Shown here piece after piece: positions 34,198 to 45,891 of a stretch of DNA of 64,000 bases. The DNA is from Picochlorum sp. SENEW3 (lineage: Eukaryota). Within the stretch, counting starts at the first letter, position 1. Each line of letters begins with the position of its first letter. The notes under the pieces were generated by a model, which had not been told where the DNA came from, ran no database searches, and saw only the letters and a program-made list of their open reading frames with translations. Where the stretch lies: contig CP120459.1 of NCBI GenBank assembly GCA_034226945.1, positions 248,001-312,000 on the forward strand, given 5' to 3'. Position numbers and translations under genes: made by a program.

Positions 34198-35630
34198 TTA
34201 CATGCAAGTACACGAGCCAAACCTCTCCTTGTCAATCAGAGGGTCATTTACTTTCTCTGGCACTGCAGCAGGAGCGTCGGGTGAAAATCGCGAGCTGGCA
34301 AAGCTATTCATTCGTAAGCCACCACTATGGTACGATGACGCAAACTCTTCAATTATTTCTCTGATGTATCCTTCCGAGTCCCGGCCGACGTCAACATGAA
34401 TCGTATATCCATCATGATGTGGATAATGCTTTGAGGCTGCATGCCAAAACATGCATCCAGACAGGCAGGCACCCTGTTGCTTTTTCAAATAATGCAACAA
34501 GATGGCATACAAGTCGACGTAAAAATCCTCCCTGGTGTTTTTGCCGGCGTCTAAGAATCCAAATTCGCTGATTATTAGTGGTTTGTCCAACTTTTGGCAG
34601 ATATCAATGTGGTTCTGAATGTATTGAGACATGAAGGCCACCTGCTCGGAGGCGGTTTTTCGAGGCAACCATTTTTCTGGGTACAAGTGAATACAACATA
34701 CGTCGATGTATGGGGACGAACAGTCTTGCGCAAAGTCAGTCCCATACTCTGACGTGTCAAAAGGGTTTGATTTCTTCATCAGTCCTTTGGTGGATGGTCC
34801 GAAGAATCCCTCGCAATCCATAAATACTAGATGGTTTTTATCAAGATTTTTAATCCACTCTGCTGTGTGATGGGCCCATTTCGCAACGACATGCTTTGAG
34901 CACCCAGGATCAGCATAACAGCGTGGTTCATTGGCCAGGCCAAACCCTAGAATTGTCGGATCGTCTCGATACACCACTCCTGTGACGCTATTCCGTCGAA
35001 GAATTAGTTTCTTAATGAATTCAAAAAATATTTTCTGGCACCACGGGTCCTCGTAAAACAAAGAGGCAATCTTCTCGTGGCTGTCAAGCTCCAACTTGCT
35101 GCCTTCCTCTTGTTGCTTTTTTTCCTTCTTGGCAATACTCCATTTCACATACTGTGCCATGCCACCATAATCTTCCCAGAAATTTGTCAAATCTAAAAGA
35201 ATTCGCATATCCTTCTCACGACAATAATGAATGACCTGGTCGAGAGATGTAAATACATTCTCATCAAAATATTTTGGATATGGCTGCAAGGCATGTGGGT
35301 AATCACCATCTGCAAAAGCCCACGTCCGTATGCACCGGATCCCCATATCAGCCAGACAATCCAACACTTCGAATGGTCTAGATTGGTTGCATTTCGCACT
35401 GGCTTTCGTCTGTATCGATAGAAAAAGATGCATTACACAATCGTTGACCAGAGTAGTCTGAAGAAGACTACCGTGATGAGAAATAAGATTCTACGATTCA
35501 TCCAACGTGCCATTAAGTAGTAACAATTCGCTCCAGCGAATTTATACGGTTTACCGTTCAGAAGCAAACCCCGAGAGGGGTCTGCTTGAACAAAACCTTG
35601 CCCTAGTGAATCCGAGTCGTCAGAGTCCAT
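34198..35630 (-). CDS. GH5 (subfamily 7-like) endo-beta-mannanase; probable intron 35410-35510
   Basis: LLLNGKPYKFAGANCYYLM, IRTWAFADG, NFWEDYGG, LANEPR (acid/base), IHLYP and ISEFG (nucleophile). Confidence 0.88.
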
Positions 35631-35945
35631 AGTTTGGGTTTATTGACCCATGAGAAAGAATCAATCCCTATATTTTAATTTGATACATACATAATGATTA
35701 TTTGTTGACAATCAGCCCAAAGGAGGTGGGTTTCGTCAACGGCATGGTAGTCAATCTGTCGACCTCAAAGGCAATTTGTGGATCCAGGTGGATGATAGTT
35801 TATGACTACACGACTCACTGTGAATAATAATAACCTGAAGTTCTGTTGTATTACATCTTTACAGGTCGTGAATAGTTCTTGAAAGATCTTGAAGACTCGA
35901 GACTAACGGAAAAGAAAAAGGGACAAAGACAAAAAGAGAAATGGA

Positions 35946-37736
35946 TCATGTACATGGTACTCTTGGGGACCAGTCACAGTATTGCTTGGACTCGTCGAAT
36001 AGTGAATCGCCCTTGCATTCAAGCCTGATTCTAACATTTTGTTGGCACATGTAATAAAATTTGCATCCAGATGAGCGGTCTGCATACAACCCATGGCTTT
36101 TGCTTTCACAGAAACTCTCAGCATCAGTGGTTTTAGTTGCTGGGGGCGATGGCAATGGAGATGGCAATGGCGATGGAGGTGAAGATGGAGATGACTGGGT
36201 CACTTTCCCATTACAAGATACTCTTGGTGACCAGTCACAGTATTGCTTGCCCTCATCAAACAAAGAATCAGCCAGGCATTCAAGTCTCACTTGCACATTC
36301 TGTCGACACATGAAATAGAATTTGCATCCAGATTCGACGTCTGCATAGAGTCCATAGTTTCTGCTCTGACAAAACTCCTGAGCAGCTGTTGATGCAGATG
36401 AGGCAGGCTGTGGTGAAGGAGGCTGTGGTGAAGTGGGCTGTGGTGAAGGAGGCTGTGGTGAAGGAGGCTGTGGTGTAGGAGGCTGTGGTGAAGGAGGCTC
36501 TTCGCTTGGTGGTACTTCTCCACATGGGACTCTCTCAGCTATGTCACATTGCTGAGTATTCTGATTGAAAAGTGCTCCTTCTGGACACTTGTGTGATGAG
36601 CTTGTCGACTCTTCACAAAAGTAATAGTCTTTGCACCCAGACTCCTCATCAGCATAATATACTCCAGCCTCATTCCCTTTGCTCAGAACAGATGTACAGA
36701 ATTTCGTCGCAGTTGACTGATCTGGATCTTGTATCTGACATATGACATCAGAGTCTTGCGCACACAGTTGTAATGAATCGCTGAATAGAGAGCCTTCAGG
36801 ACACTCCTTCTCAAACGACTCGCCTTGTTCACAAGAAAAGTAATGTTTGCATCCCCTGCTGACATCAGCATACAGACCGAACTCTTTCCCTGTATCTTTT
36901 GAGATTTTACAGAACTCTGCTGCTGCATCAGTTGATTCTGGGTTTGTCGTTGGACTCGGGGTATCAGGAATAGGATCTGGGACTGTACCTCCTGTTTGTG
37001 GTGAAATCAGTACATCAGCGCAATTCCAGAACTCCTCCGGCAACCCGGCACCCATGTCACCACATGTAGCTATATTGGAGGATCTTGAGTACTCCTCTGG
37101 TATTCCAGGAGGATTACACGTGTTTGCTGTGATCCAATGCCATTGAATGACACACCTGGAATCAATACCATCGCAGACCACTTCATCTGGAAGCCTGTAA
37201 TACATCGTGTACTCTTCGTCCCATGGATCTCCAGGGGTGGTATAAAATTTTGTAGCTCCTGGGTTTTGATTCTCAGGAACATCAGCCTGAACCAAAGGAT
37301 GCTTGTTGAAACAAGCCTGAGTCAGCTGATTTCGTTCATCCTGTCCAGTGATACCATTGATCTTACATAGGAAGAATTCAAACAAACCATTATGATTGGC
37401 CTCACTTTTGACAAGAATCTTGATCACTTGTCCTTTCGTATAACGTGCCGTGGCCTCTCCTGTCCAAAACTCGCCACCGACTTCATGCTTTCTCCTTTCC
37501 TGATCGAAAGGGTCTCCGCAGATGCCATACTTGGCATCAGGAAAGTTACTCCCATGGGCAGAGTATACAGCACCTGGACCACCAGCGTTCAAACAATGAG
37601 GACAATAGTCCGAGTTAGCCTTGAAATTTCTGGATTCAGGCAATTTCAGATAACCATGACCTGACACTACGGTCAACGTAGTGCAAAGCACCAAGGCTCG
37701 GAAGAATGCAAAAATCATACTCAGGTCCTCATACAT
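35946..37736 (-). CDS. Secreted lytic polysaccharide monooxygenase (AA15/AA10-like) with four CBM14 chitin-binding modules
   Basis: Signal peptide ends VVSG|HGYL (His1 codon 37658-37656), then CGDP, ANHNG, CVIQWHW and EEFWNCAD, followed by four 6-Cys modules FC...G.YAD...GC..Y..C...C....LF......C. Confidence 0.9.
   Translation of the reverse strand: MYEDLSMIFAFFRALVLCTTLTVVSGHGYLKLPESRNFKANSDYCPHCLNAGGPGAVYSAHGSNFPDAKYGICGDPFDQERRKHEVGGEFWTGEATARYTKGQVIKILVKSEANHNGLFEFFLCKINGITGQDERNQLTQACFNKHPLVQADVPENQNPGATKFYTTPGDPWDEEYTMYYRLPDEVVCDGIDSRCVIQWHWITANTCNPPGIPEEYSRSSNIATCGDMGAGLPEEFWNCADVLISPQTGGTVPDPIPDTPSPTTNPESTDAAAEFCKISKDTGKEFGLYADVSRGCKHYFSCEQGESFEKECPEGSLFSDSLQLCAQDSDVICQIQDPDQSTATKFCTSVLSKGNEAGVYYADEESGCKDYYFCEESTSSSHKCPEGALFNQNTQQCDIAERVPCGEVPPSEEPPSPQPPTPQPPSPQPPSPQPTSPQPPSPQPASSASTAAQEFCQSRNYGLYADVESGCKFYFMCRQNVQVRLECLADSLFDEGKQYCDWSPRVSCNGKVTQSSPSSPPSPLPSPLPSPPATKTTDAESFCESKSHGLYADRSSGCKFYYMCQQNVRIRLECKGDSLFDESKQYCDWSPRVPCT
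36406..36495. repeat. 15-nt coding minisatellite, 6 copies (GGCTGTGGTGAAGGA), encoding a PSPQP-type linker
   Basis: Six tandem units, four identical and two with substitutions. Confidence 0.95.
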
Positions 37737-38556
37737 ATGAAAAAGACTTGAAATTTATTCATATTGAACACGTTAGAAACCCATATGTATACAAATAGAT
37801 GCAATTATCGGTGTTTGATCCACGGGCCGCGGTGATAACCGCGCCCTAAGAGGAAGCTGAAAAGGCACCTGACCGTTACCCAACACAGATGTCCCTGCCT
37901 ACTCCTGAACATGCATCAAAATCTTCATATACGGAGGATCAGCATAGGATACCCAAAGCGTCCCTCGACGCCTTTCTGCCCATACATCCTTGGCTCTGCT
38001 AGGTGGTTGTACGTGCTGCCTGTGAGTGAGAGAATCACATCTTGACCATCCCTTTGTAGTTAAGGACTCTCATCCATCAATATTCTATATATCGTCACAA
38101 GGGTATATGCAGATTCAATGCTGAGACAGATTGGCCTAGATTGTGGCTGAGAAATGTTTGTTTGCAAAACTCAAAGAGAGCCCAGGGTTTTCAAGTCAAC
38201 AGTCATACCATCAGTCTGCTGGGTCATTCAAATTGATCGACAGGCCATTGTACATAGCGACGAGATGCCACTTACTGCGAATCACTTGCAATCACACGTA
38301 TATTCTTTCCTTGGAATACAGGCTCCCGTTTGTTCAACATTCATTCAGAACCGGCATCTCCTTACAGCCAACACATCTATAACCCTGCAAACACCCCCAT
38401 CTCAGCCATTATTTCATTCTTTCAAATTCCAAGACAACTAATATTCCAATAATTCTCATCACATGGGTCATATTTGGATAAGTCGCCCTCAGGAAGACGA
38501 TTGAATTAAAATTCTGGCATAGGGACGGAATTGCTAGGTTTCTTTTCTCGCCCGGA

Positions 38557-39867
38557 ATGAAAATGTACCACACAAAGGGATGTAACAGAATAACATGTAC
38601 CCATTCTCATCCCATTACGGTATACAGAGGTCGCTCATGGAATTTGAAGAGGAACAGAAAATTAGCCGTCCCCTGCAATGCTGGAAGCAGCTCTGAACGT
38701 TGGCCTCGAGAGGAATCGCCCATGTTTGGAGATGGCGTGAAGGAACAAGGTCGTTTTTATGAGAGGACTCTGTCCTCGTTCACCTTTGATAGGTGGGCGT
38801 CTCACAGAAGCACATCAAGGTACACAAGACACATGTTGGGGATTTTCAAATCATCCATTGCGAGGGGATTGGCACAGCCACTCCTGACAGTTGCAGGGAT
38901 TGCTTGTGTAGTTTGCTTTTATGAGGATTCTTTGGCGAAAGGATTGCTTCCTCCGTATCTGCCGTCACTTCTGATGCCAACAGCACCATTCGACCTGACG
39001 TCATTTGCTTTGGCTTTGCTTTTAGTGTTTCGGACCAATACATCCTATGATAGGTGGCTGGAGGTCTGTACAGTGTGGTCGGGCCTGGGAAATAGATCCA
39101 GGGATACCATGCGGCAATGTATTTCTCACATATCTGATGGGAGTGGGGCAATGAACCCTCTCTCTGCAGCAATGTGCCGATGGGTTATTGCATACTGTAG
39201 AGCTTTGAAATGTGAAGTAATGGAAAACTCTGATTTGGCAGCCGAATTGAAAGATGTATTGACACCCAAAGAGGCGTCTAGCCTCTTGAAAGCGAGGCAT
39301 AGGCCATCCTTTGCTGTGTCTATATTGACAGAATTGGGTGCTGCTGCACCTCTTCGCGAGTCTCACAGGATTCGTTTGGATGAGAATTTGACCTACTTTG
39401 AAGACGCAGTGGGGTCATGTGAGCGGATCCTGACGCAACCGATTCCTCTGAGCTATACCCGCCATACATCACGCTTCATGGTTATATGGCTGTCTGCGCT
39501 GCCATTGGGCCTCTATGATACTTGCGGATGGGCCACGATTCCTCTTTCCGTCGTCATCACATTCCTTTTATTAGGTATTGATGAGATTGGAGTGCAGATT
39601 GAGGAACCATTCGGCCTTCTCCCTCTGGACGATATCTGTGATGAGATTGAAGGTGACCTCTTCTCCATGTTGAGAGAAGGGGTTGACATTAAGAAAACAG
39701 CACAGGCTGCGAGATTGGCAGCGATGGGAAATCAGGAGGAGATGGATGCTCTCGAGATGACCCCCTTTTCGCCGCTTCCTCGAGTTGCGGTGAGTAGAGA
39801 TGAGTCGAGTAGTAGCTCAATGCATAAGGAATGGGACGAGGTGACTGGGAGGTCATCCCTCGGGTAA
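38557..39867 (+). CDS. Plastid bestrophin-like anion channel (UPF0187; VCCN/BST type)
   Basis: FDRWASHRSTSRY, LLLVFRTNTSYDRW, CERILTQPIPLSYTRHTSRF and GIDEIGVQIEEPF. Confidence 0.92.
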   Translation: MKMYHTKGCNRITCTHSHPITVYRGRSWNLKRNRKLAVPCNAGSSSERWPREESPMFGDGVKEQGRFYERTLSSFTFDRWASHRSTSRYTRHMLGIFKSSIARGLAQPLLTVAGIACVVCFYEDSLAKGLLPPYLPSLLMPTAPFDLTSFALALLLVFRTNTSYDRWLEVCTVWSGLGNRSRDTMRQCISHISDGSGAMNPLSAAMCRWVIAYCRALKCEVMENSDLAAELKDVLTPKEASSLLKARHRPSFAVSILTELGAAAPLRESHRIRLDENLTYFEDAVGSCERILTQPIPLSYTRHTSRFMVIWLSALPLGLYDTCGWATIPLSVVITFLLLGIDEIGVQIEEPFGLLPLDDICDEIEGDLFSMLREGVDIKKTAQAARLAAMGNQEEMDALEMTPFSPLPRVAVSRDESSSSSMHKEWDEVTGRSSLG

Positions 39868-40024
39868 ATTCGAATGTCAACCACTCAAGGTATAGCCAGA
39901 GGCCGTGCCTTCTTTTGTCATATACTATACTAACTGTTACTTACATGTATTGTAATATTTGATTTCCATCATTCATCTGCTATTCATTTGACAGGGATTC
40001 TCGACCGAACGCTTGGTGTATACC

Positions 40025-41039
40025 ATGTCAATTCTTTCAAAAAGACTGCCATACCTGGGTCGGATCCAATTGCAACTCCACGAATATGTTCAGAGTAATG
40101 CATTGCATTCAACGTGTAATGGCACGTTGCGATCATTAACCACGGATGTGTCGTTACCAGTAGCCTCTGGTTCTGGGAGGGCTGCAGCCTTGTCTGAATC
40201 ACCTACATCCATACAAGGTCGCCTACTCTGCAATAATAATACACCTATGAGAAGAGGGTTTGCCTGGACTGGAATTCAATTGCAGCAGCAGCAGGAGAAG
40301 GCAGAGGATGAGCAGGACAAGAAGGGCCCAGCAGCAGTACATGCATCGTCTCTTCCTGAATCATTAGAGTACCACGGAACACCTTCAGTTCCTACAATTC
40401 CAGATGATGCCAGTATTTTCAAAAAGGGCGTCTTATGGATGGGTGGATATTATTCGAAACAGAGCACGTATATGAGAGCAGCAGGGGAGCTCAATGTGTG
40501 TATCAAGGAGCAATCTCTCAATCCTGCACTGTTTCAAGGTACGTACTCGTGTTGCTACTTCACAACTATAACTACAGTAGAGCTTAGATCTCTCGTTCAT
40601 TATCTGTCATGCAGAGCTGGAGGTGCCAAATGATTTCCAGCACACCCATGCACTCCTGTGTCTCCATGTATGGCTCATCATTAAACGCCTCTCCCTCGAA
40701 GGAAAACCCGGAAACAGGATTTCTCAAATCATGTATGACAACTTTCAAGATGACGTTGAGCACATGGTGCGTGAAGCAGGAGTACAAGTTCGCCTACAAA
40801 AGCACCTCACAGAACTAGAGAAGCAATTTTATGGCAGCTGTGCTGCCTATGACAAAGCACTTGATGCGTCTTCTCAGGAGACTCTTGCTGCTGCCTTGCA
40901 CAGAAATGTCTATCAACAAGACCCAGCAAAGAAGAATGCAAGCAAAAAGATGGAAACATATGTCTTGAGGGCCATGGCATCTCTGGCAAAGACTCCCAGT
41001 GACATTGTTCTTAAAGGTCAGATTCGGTTTTCCAAATGA
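40025..41039 (+). CDS. CBP3: Ubiquinol-cytochrome c chaperone CBP3/UQCC1; intron 40539-40614
   Basis: Mitochondrial presequence-like N-terminus, LCLHVWLIIKRL, MYDNFQDDVE, EKQFYGSCAAYD and LHRNVY. Confidence 0.88.
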
Positions 41040-41105
41040 ATTCATTCACATCGGTAATTTCTTTTGTGTAATATATCATTGCATGTCACGTATTCGGTAG
41101 CAAAA

Positions 41106-41769
41106 ATGCCAAGCGCAAGTAGTACACAGAAGAGGTCCGTTGGTGACAAGACATTGTCTTCAATCTGAGTATTGTCATCGTCATCGTCACACGTGATGCA
41201 TGCAGGAAAAAGAAATCAGTGAATACCTCTTCAACACAAACACCCTTGTTCATCGGACTCGTCGCAGCTGCTGTTGGAGCGGTATGGTATCTCCGAAAGA
41301 GGCAGCAAGGAGACTCTTCTAGTGGCAGTAAGAAGGGCTCACGCGCCAAAAAGGGTGGACAATCTGAGACAAGGAGTGCTTTTAAATTTCCAGACGCGAA
41401 GAAAAAGGCTGCCTCAACGAATCTTCCCAGGAATAAGACGAATAAGAAGAACAAGGCAAAGCGAAGGGCTGAGAAGGCCCAGAAAAAGGCTGACAAGTAC
41501 GTGTGCGATACAGGATGAATCATCACCTGCTGTCCTCGTTTATCAAAACTTTGAATGATGGTCCATGTATGGTGTGCAGGGAGAAGAGTGCTGCTGCGTC
41601 AAAGGCGAGTGGTGGCCAAAAGCAAGATGACGGGCAGGCATCAACATCAGTTATTAATTATTCATACTTTGATACTGCACGGAGGGATACAGTGATACCC
41701 ACACATAAAAAGCCCACATTGTCTGCAGCAGATATTATGAAAAAAGACCAGGAACTGAAAAAGCAATGA
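41106..41769 (+). CDS. Small Lys-rich protein with one TM anchor; introns 41135-41205 and 41497-41579
   Basis: Spliced MPSASSTQKRKKKSVN...PLFIGLVAAAVGAVWYLRKR followed by a basic tail; TGTAA at 41774. Confidence 0.65.
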
Positions 41770-41884
41770 ACCATGTAATCGAAACTCAATGCAATCAATG
41801 CTCATGCATTGATCTTACTGTTTGTTTGTTTTTTTTTGAGGAGTGGGTTCAAGAACTTTTTTCCAGTACATCTATAGTTCTTCT

Positions 41885-43161
41885 TCAGGATTGATCGCAC
41901 AAGGGGTTCAAATCTGCGGGAGCACTCGTGCTCGCGCCATCAGCAGTCAAACTCAGGAGAATGTCTTGGATCTTTGCTCTCTCATCCGCTGTCAAATCTC
42001 CACCACTGCGTATGCGTTGTCGCGCTTCTGTTTCTTCCCGACTCAAGTCAGCGTCCGGTACTATTAATAGATTATTAACATTGTTGCCGTCAACCATGGT
42101 CATGTGGTCCATTGAAATCCCCCACACATCATCCTGCATGAATAATAAGAACATGAAATAATACAACTGAACAACATGCCATCGACCTGTCTATGAGAAC
42201 AGTAGCATTAATAATAATGATATTGACGTACCCAAATAAATTTAAACTGGTATCTTCCAGGTGGCAAGTGCCGCTTCACCATGTGAATCGCCCTCTGGCC
42301 TGTATACTTTGGCAGCATCTGCACTGATTGCCCCCACCCCACATCTATCCCAGCGATTCTAACGTCTGACGAACACATGTCTCTTCGCCGGAGTGATATT
42401 ATCACAGGAACAGGATCTTTCCCGTACAACATATCTACTGCAGCCTCTCGAATAGCCTCCTCTCTCGGCTTACAGGGGCGCAGGCCAGTAAGGTGAGCAT
42501 AGGCTTCATCCAAGGGAATGCCCTTCATCCACCACATGTACCCCAACGCTGTCGCTGGAGCCCTGCCTAAACCAGCTGTACAATGAATATACGTCGTCCC
42601 ACTCGTGCCCCCCTTCTTCAGATCACTCTGTGCAATCAATGAAACAGCACCAGGCAGCCTTCTGCGCAGACTGTATGGATCAAAATCACGAATGGCATGT
42701 CGCAAATGCTCAATCATCCCACCATGAGCACAACGCTGACGTATTGGTTCCACATCCAGAGAAAAATACTCCATGTCACTGTCCTCTTGCAGACACATGA
42801 TGGTCCTTACACCCTCCTGTTCCAAGACCTCCACATCCTCTTCGGTCTGGAGACAGGACCCAACGATCAAATCATCCAAAATTCGTGTATAGTTCATCCC
42901 ATCTTCATGTGAATATACTAAAGGTGCGCCCATCCGTTCCTGCATGACTTCTGTGTAAGTGTCTGAGAGGCCCTCTACAGAGTCCTCACTCTCATCCTTT
43001 TCCATCCCAGTGCTTGCATGCACCCTTGCATCTGTTAGATGACGTATATGTGTCTGATATTTGAAACACATAACTGTGATCCGAGAATGGTTCACAGAGA
43101 ATTTGACCTGTGGCAACCTTGGGCCATGCCCGACCCTAGTCGACACGATCAGAGGCAGCAT
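41885..43161 (-). CDS. SEX4: Phosphoglucan phosphatase SEX4/DSP4 (DSP + CBM48); intron 42134-42231
   Basis: HEDGMNYTRI, LIVGSCLQT, IRDFDPYSLR, YIHCTAGLGRAP, IAGIDVGWG and LPPGRYQFKFI. Confidence 0.92.
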
Positions 43162-43450
43162 TGATGATAGATCTCGTACAAATAGAAATAAAAAATGAAA
43201 GAATACGGGGTTTTCGACATGCATGGACGGTGCGCCTGGATAATCGAAAGTACCCAACTCCTTAAATGAATAATGCTAGCAAACAGCGCTGTTTCATGAA
43301 ACCATGATCATGGCACATTGGCCAATTATCGATGCACTCTATAGGCCTTGGTAATTCTTACTTGAAGTCATTTTTACCTATTACGATACTAGTGGATAGG
43401 GTAGGAATAAGGGTTGGAGGATCTTCCTGGCAGAAAGAAGATTACATACC

Positions 43451-44350
43451 ATGTCTTCTTCTTCTTCTTCCGCAGCAAAGGGTGCATCTCGTCTCGCGAG
43501 ATGGTGGTTGCTTGGCAGAAACCGTATGAATGACCCAGTGGTGAACGTGCTCAAGCTGAATGGCGTGATAACGCCTCCATCTCGTTCACCTGGTCAAGGA
43601 AGAAGAGGCATCAATGCAGATTCTTTAGAAAAATACCTGCAGAATGCATTTTCCAAAACACTCAATCCATCTGCTGTTGCAATATCAATAAATTCGCCTG
43701 GGGGGTCCCCGGGACAGAGTGAAGCTGTTTATCTGAGAATTCGAGAGCTCTCCAAAGAAAGTGGAATACCAGTGTACACATTTGCAGAGGATGTGGCTGC
43801 CAGTGGTGGCTATTGGATTCTTTGTGCTGGGGATAAGATATTTGCTCAATACAAGACGAGTATTGTGGGGAGTATCGGGGTGATTTCGTCATCGTTTGGT
43901 GTGAGTCGATTAGCATCCAGCTGGGGGATTGAGAGGCGGGTTTGGACAGCTGGTAAAGCCAAGTTATCGGCAATGGATCCGTTTTTGGACTATACGGAGG
44001 ATCAGGAAAAGAGATTGAAGAGTATTTTGGAAGATATGCACACGAATTTCATCGAAGCTGTCAAGGAGTCTAGAGGCGATGCACTCATAGATGATGAAGA
44101 CGAGCTCTTTTCTGGAAAGATTTGGACTGGCTCTCAGGCAGCAAAGGTCGGCATTGTCGATGGCACTGGAACTCTGTCGTCAACGATGAAAGATATGTTT
44201 GGTGAAAATGTAAAGCTGAGGGCAATGAACCGACCAGGGAGTGAGTTTGGCCTGCGAGACTTGTTGTCACCTGCCTTTGGGTCATCTAGGGCTGCTGTCG
44301 ATGATGCGTTGATGATGCACATCCCGTCCATTCCCAAAATACTGGTATAA
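43451..44350 (+). CDS. Peptidase S49 (SppA-like), single domain
   Basis: SINSPGGSPGQS, AEDVAASGGYW, SIVGSIGV and FSGKIWTG. Confidence 0.9.
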   Translation: MSSSSSSAAKGASRLARWWLLGRNRMNDPVVNVLKLNGVITPPSRSPGQGRRGINADSLEKYLQNAFSKTLNPSAVAISINSPGGSPGQSEAVYLRIRELSKESGIPVYTFAEDVAASGGYWILCAGDKIFAQYKTSIVGSIGVISSSFGVSRLASSWGIERRVWTAGKAKLSAMDPFLDYTEDQEKRLKSILEDMHTNFIEAVKESRGDALIDDEDELFSGKIWTGSQAAKVGIVDGTGTLSSTMKDMFGENVKLRAMNRPGSEFGLRDLLSPAFGSSRAAVDDALMMHIPSIPKILV

Positions 44351-44518
44351 CTTGTGTTACATACGTTTCGTATTCAACTTGAAAATGAATAAAATTGCAG
44401 TAAAAGTATCAAAAAGAATCAGATCATGTCTTTATTATTAGTAATATTTCAGTCCTTTATTTTCCAGCTACGTGGCTACGTGTCCTAATTTATTGTGTCG
44501 GGTGCATCAAGTGCACGC

Positions 44519-44923
44519 TTATGGGCATTTGACAATCTTCCAGCTAATTGGCTTCTTGTCCCAAGAGTATCCGGTTGCTTTCTGCAATGCTACTGTAGAG
44601 AAGTCAACATGTCCAGACTTGCAGTACTTCTTTGGGCAAATGTCCACAATCTTGGCATATACTGTTCCTTTGCGTCCTTTTGCCTTGACGCATTTTCCAC
44701 ATGGTCTTCCGGCCTTCTTGAAGTCTCTTTCGTTCATAGCAGCGAAATACTTCTGATACTTCCTTGGAAGACTTCTAGGATTGAAGCCGCATGCATTTCG
44801 GCCTGTCTTGTTCATCTGCCCTGGCTTGGAGTATGCAGTTGCAATTCCTCTGACTGTCTTGGCAGCTGATACGCTGACGATGCAGGCGTAGAGAATGGCC
44901 AAGATGGTTGCGATGACTCTCAT
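44519..44923 (-). CDS. Secreted expansin-like/RlpA DPBB protein (basic)
   Basis: Signal peptide, G.ATAY, ACG, AAMN, CGKCV, IVDICP, HVDFS and ISW...CP. Confidence 0.85.
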   Translation of the reverse strand: MRVIATILAILYACIVSVSAAKTVRGIATAYSKPGQMNKTGRNACGFNPRSLPRKYQKYFAAMNERDFKKAGRPCGKCVKAKGRKGTVYAKIVDICPKKYCKSGHVDFSTVALQKATGYSWDKKPISWKIVKCP

Positions 44924-45891
44924 GGTTATATATCAGTTATTTATCGATCGAGTATACAAATCTGCATATCAACCCAAACGTGTGTCAGCGAACGAGAGAT
45001 CGAAAGACATGTTGGGCAGCAGTCACTGGAACCGTGTCAGGAACGTACCAATACAGCGAGTGTGGCTCCAAGTTGGGGTCTTTTATTGAGATTAATGGAT
45101 AATGAAATTTATAATGCTGTAACACGGTGGGCCATTTTCATCTCTAACAAATTCTGCCGGCTCATGGGATCATTCGTCGTACCGAGACGTCCATGACTGA
45201 CCGGGATGGTCGTCCGACGTCTGTGGGTCTCTGACCCAACGACTCAACGGTCACGTGTGCCGGCTCTACTATGCGCATGGTAACGGGATAAAAATCCTCA
45301 TATACCTTCTGATTTGTTTAAAAGTGATACACATACCCTCGAGTAGCGCATATGAGGACGATAGATGCGTTGGTGCGTGTTCACAGGAACGCGCCCTTCG
45401 GGTCGTCGTCAGTCAACTGCAGACGACCACAGACGCTATGGGTCAGCAGCGCTGACCACGCTTGGTTGACGCCACACCTGGGTTTCTGTTATACCTTGCT
45501 ATTTTTCATCGAATTGAATCAACAACTATTACATGATAGTAGTGGTTATTGAAGGTGTTATGACTTGAGAATTCCACGTCGAGGGGAGCACGAGGTCTGG
45601 GAGGCATTGGGAAGCGCCTGGTTCATCAACATGCGTCCGACTGGTCGGACCGACACGGAGACGGGCAGTCCGTCACAACACGATTGATCAGGTATCGCTT
45701 CTTTAGTGGCACACCGCTGCTAGGAAAGCATTACATTTCATTTATTACTTCTACCTACATCATTTGTAATTTGATCGCCGCATACCGGAAGAGTATTGTC
45801 CTAATCGTGTGACAGTTGCCATCCGCTATCCAGGCCAGTTTCCAACACTCGTGAGAAGAGCGTGGTCCTACATTAGTTAAGGGTTTCTAAG

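Noticed and set aside
36406..36495. Short direct repeats as a CRISPR-like array
   Set aside because: No spacers; the in-frame 15-nt units encode a Pro-rich linker.
37824..37846. GC-rich hairpin GGGCCGCGGT-GATA-ACCGCGCCC upstream of the LPMO
   Set aside because: Short and isolated, with no second copy, target-site duplication or ncRNA context.
45694..45702. ATCGCTTCT matching the 5' end of U2 snRNA
   Set aside because: The downstream sequence lacks the U2 branch-pairing region (GTGTAGTA).
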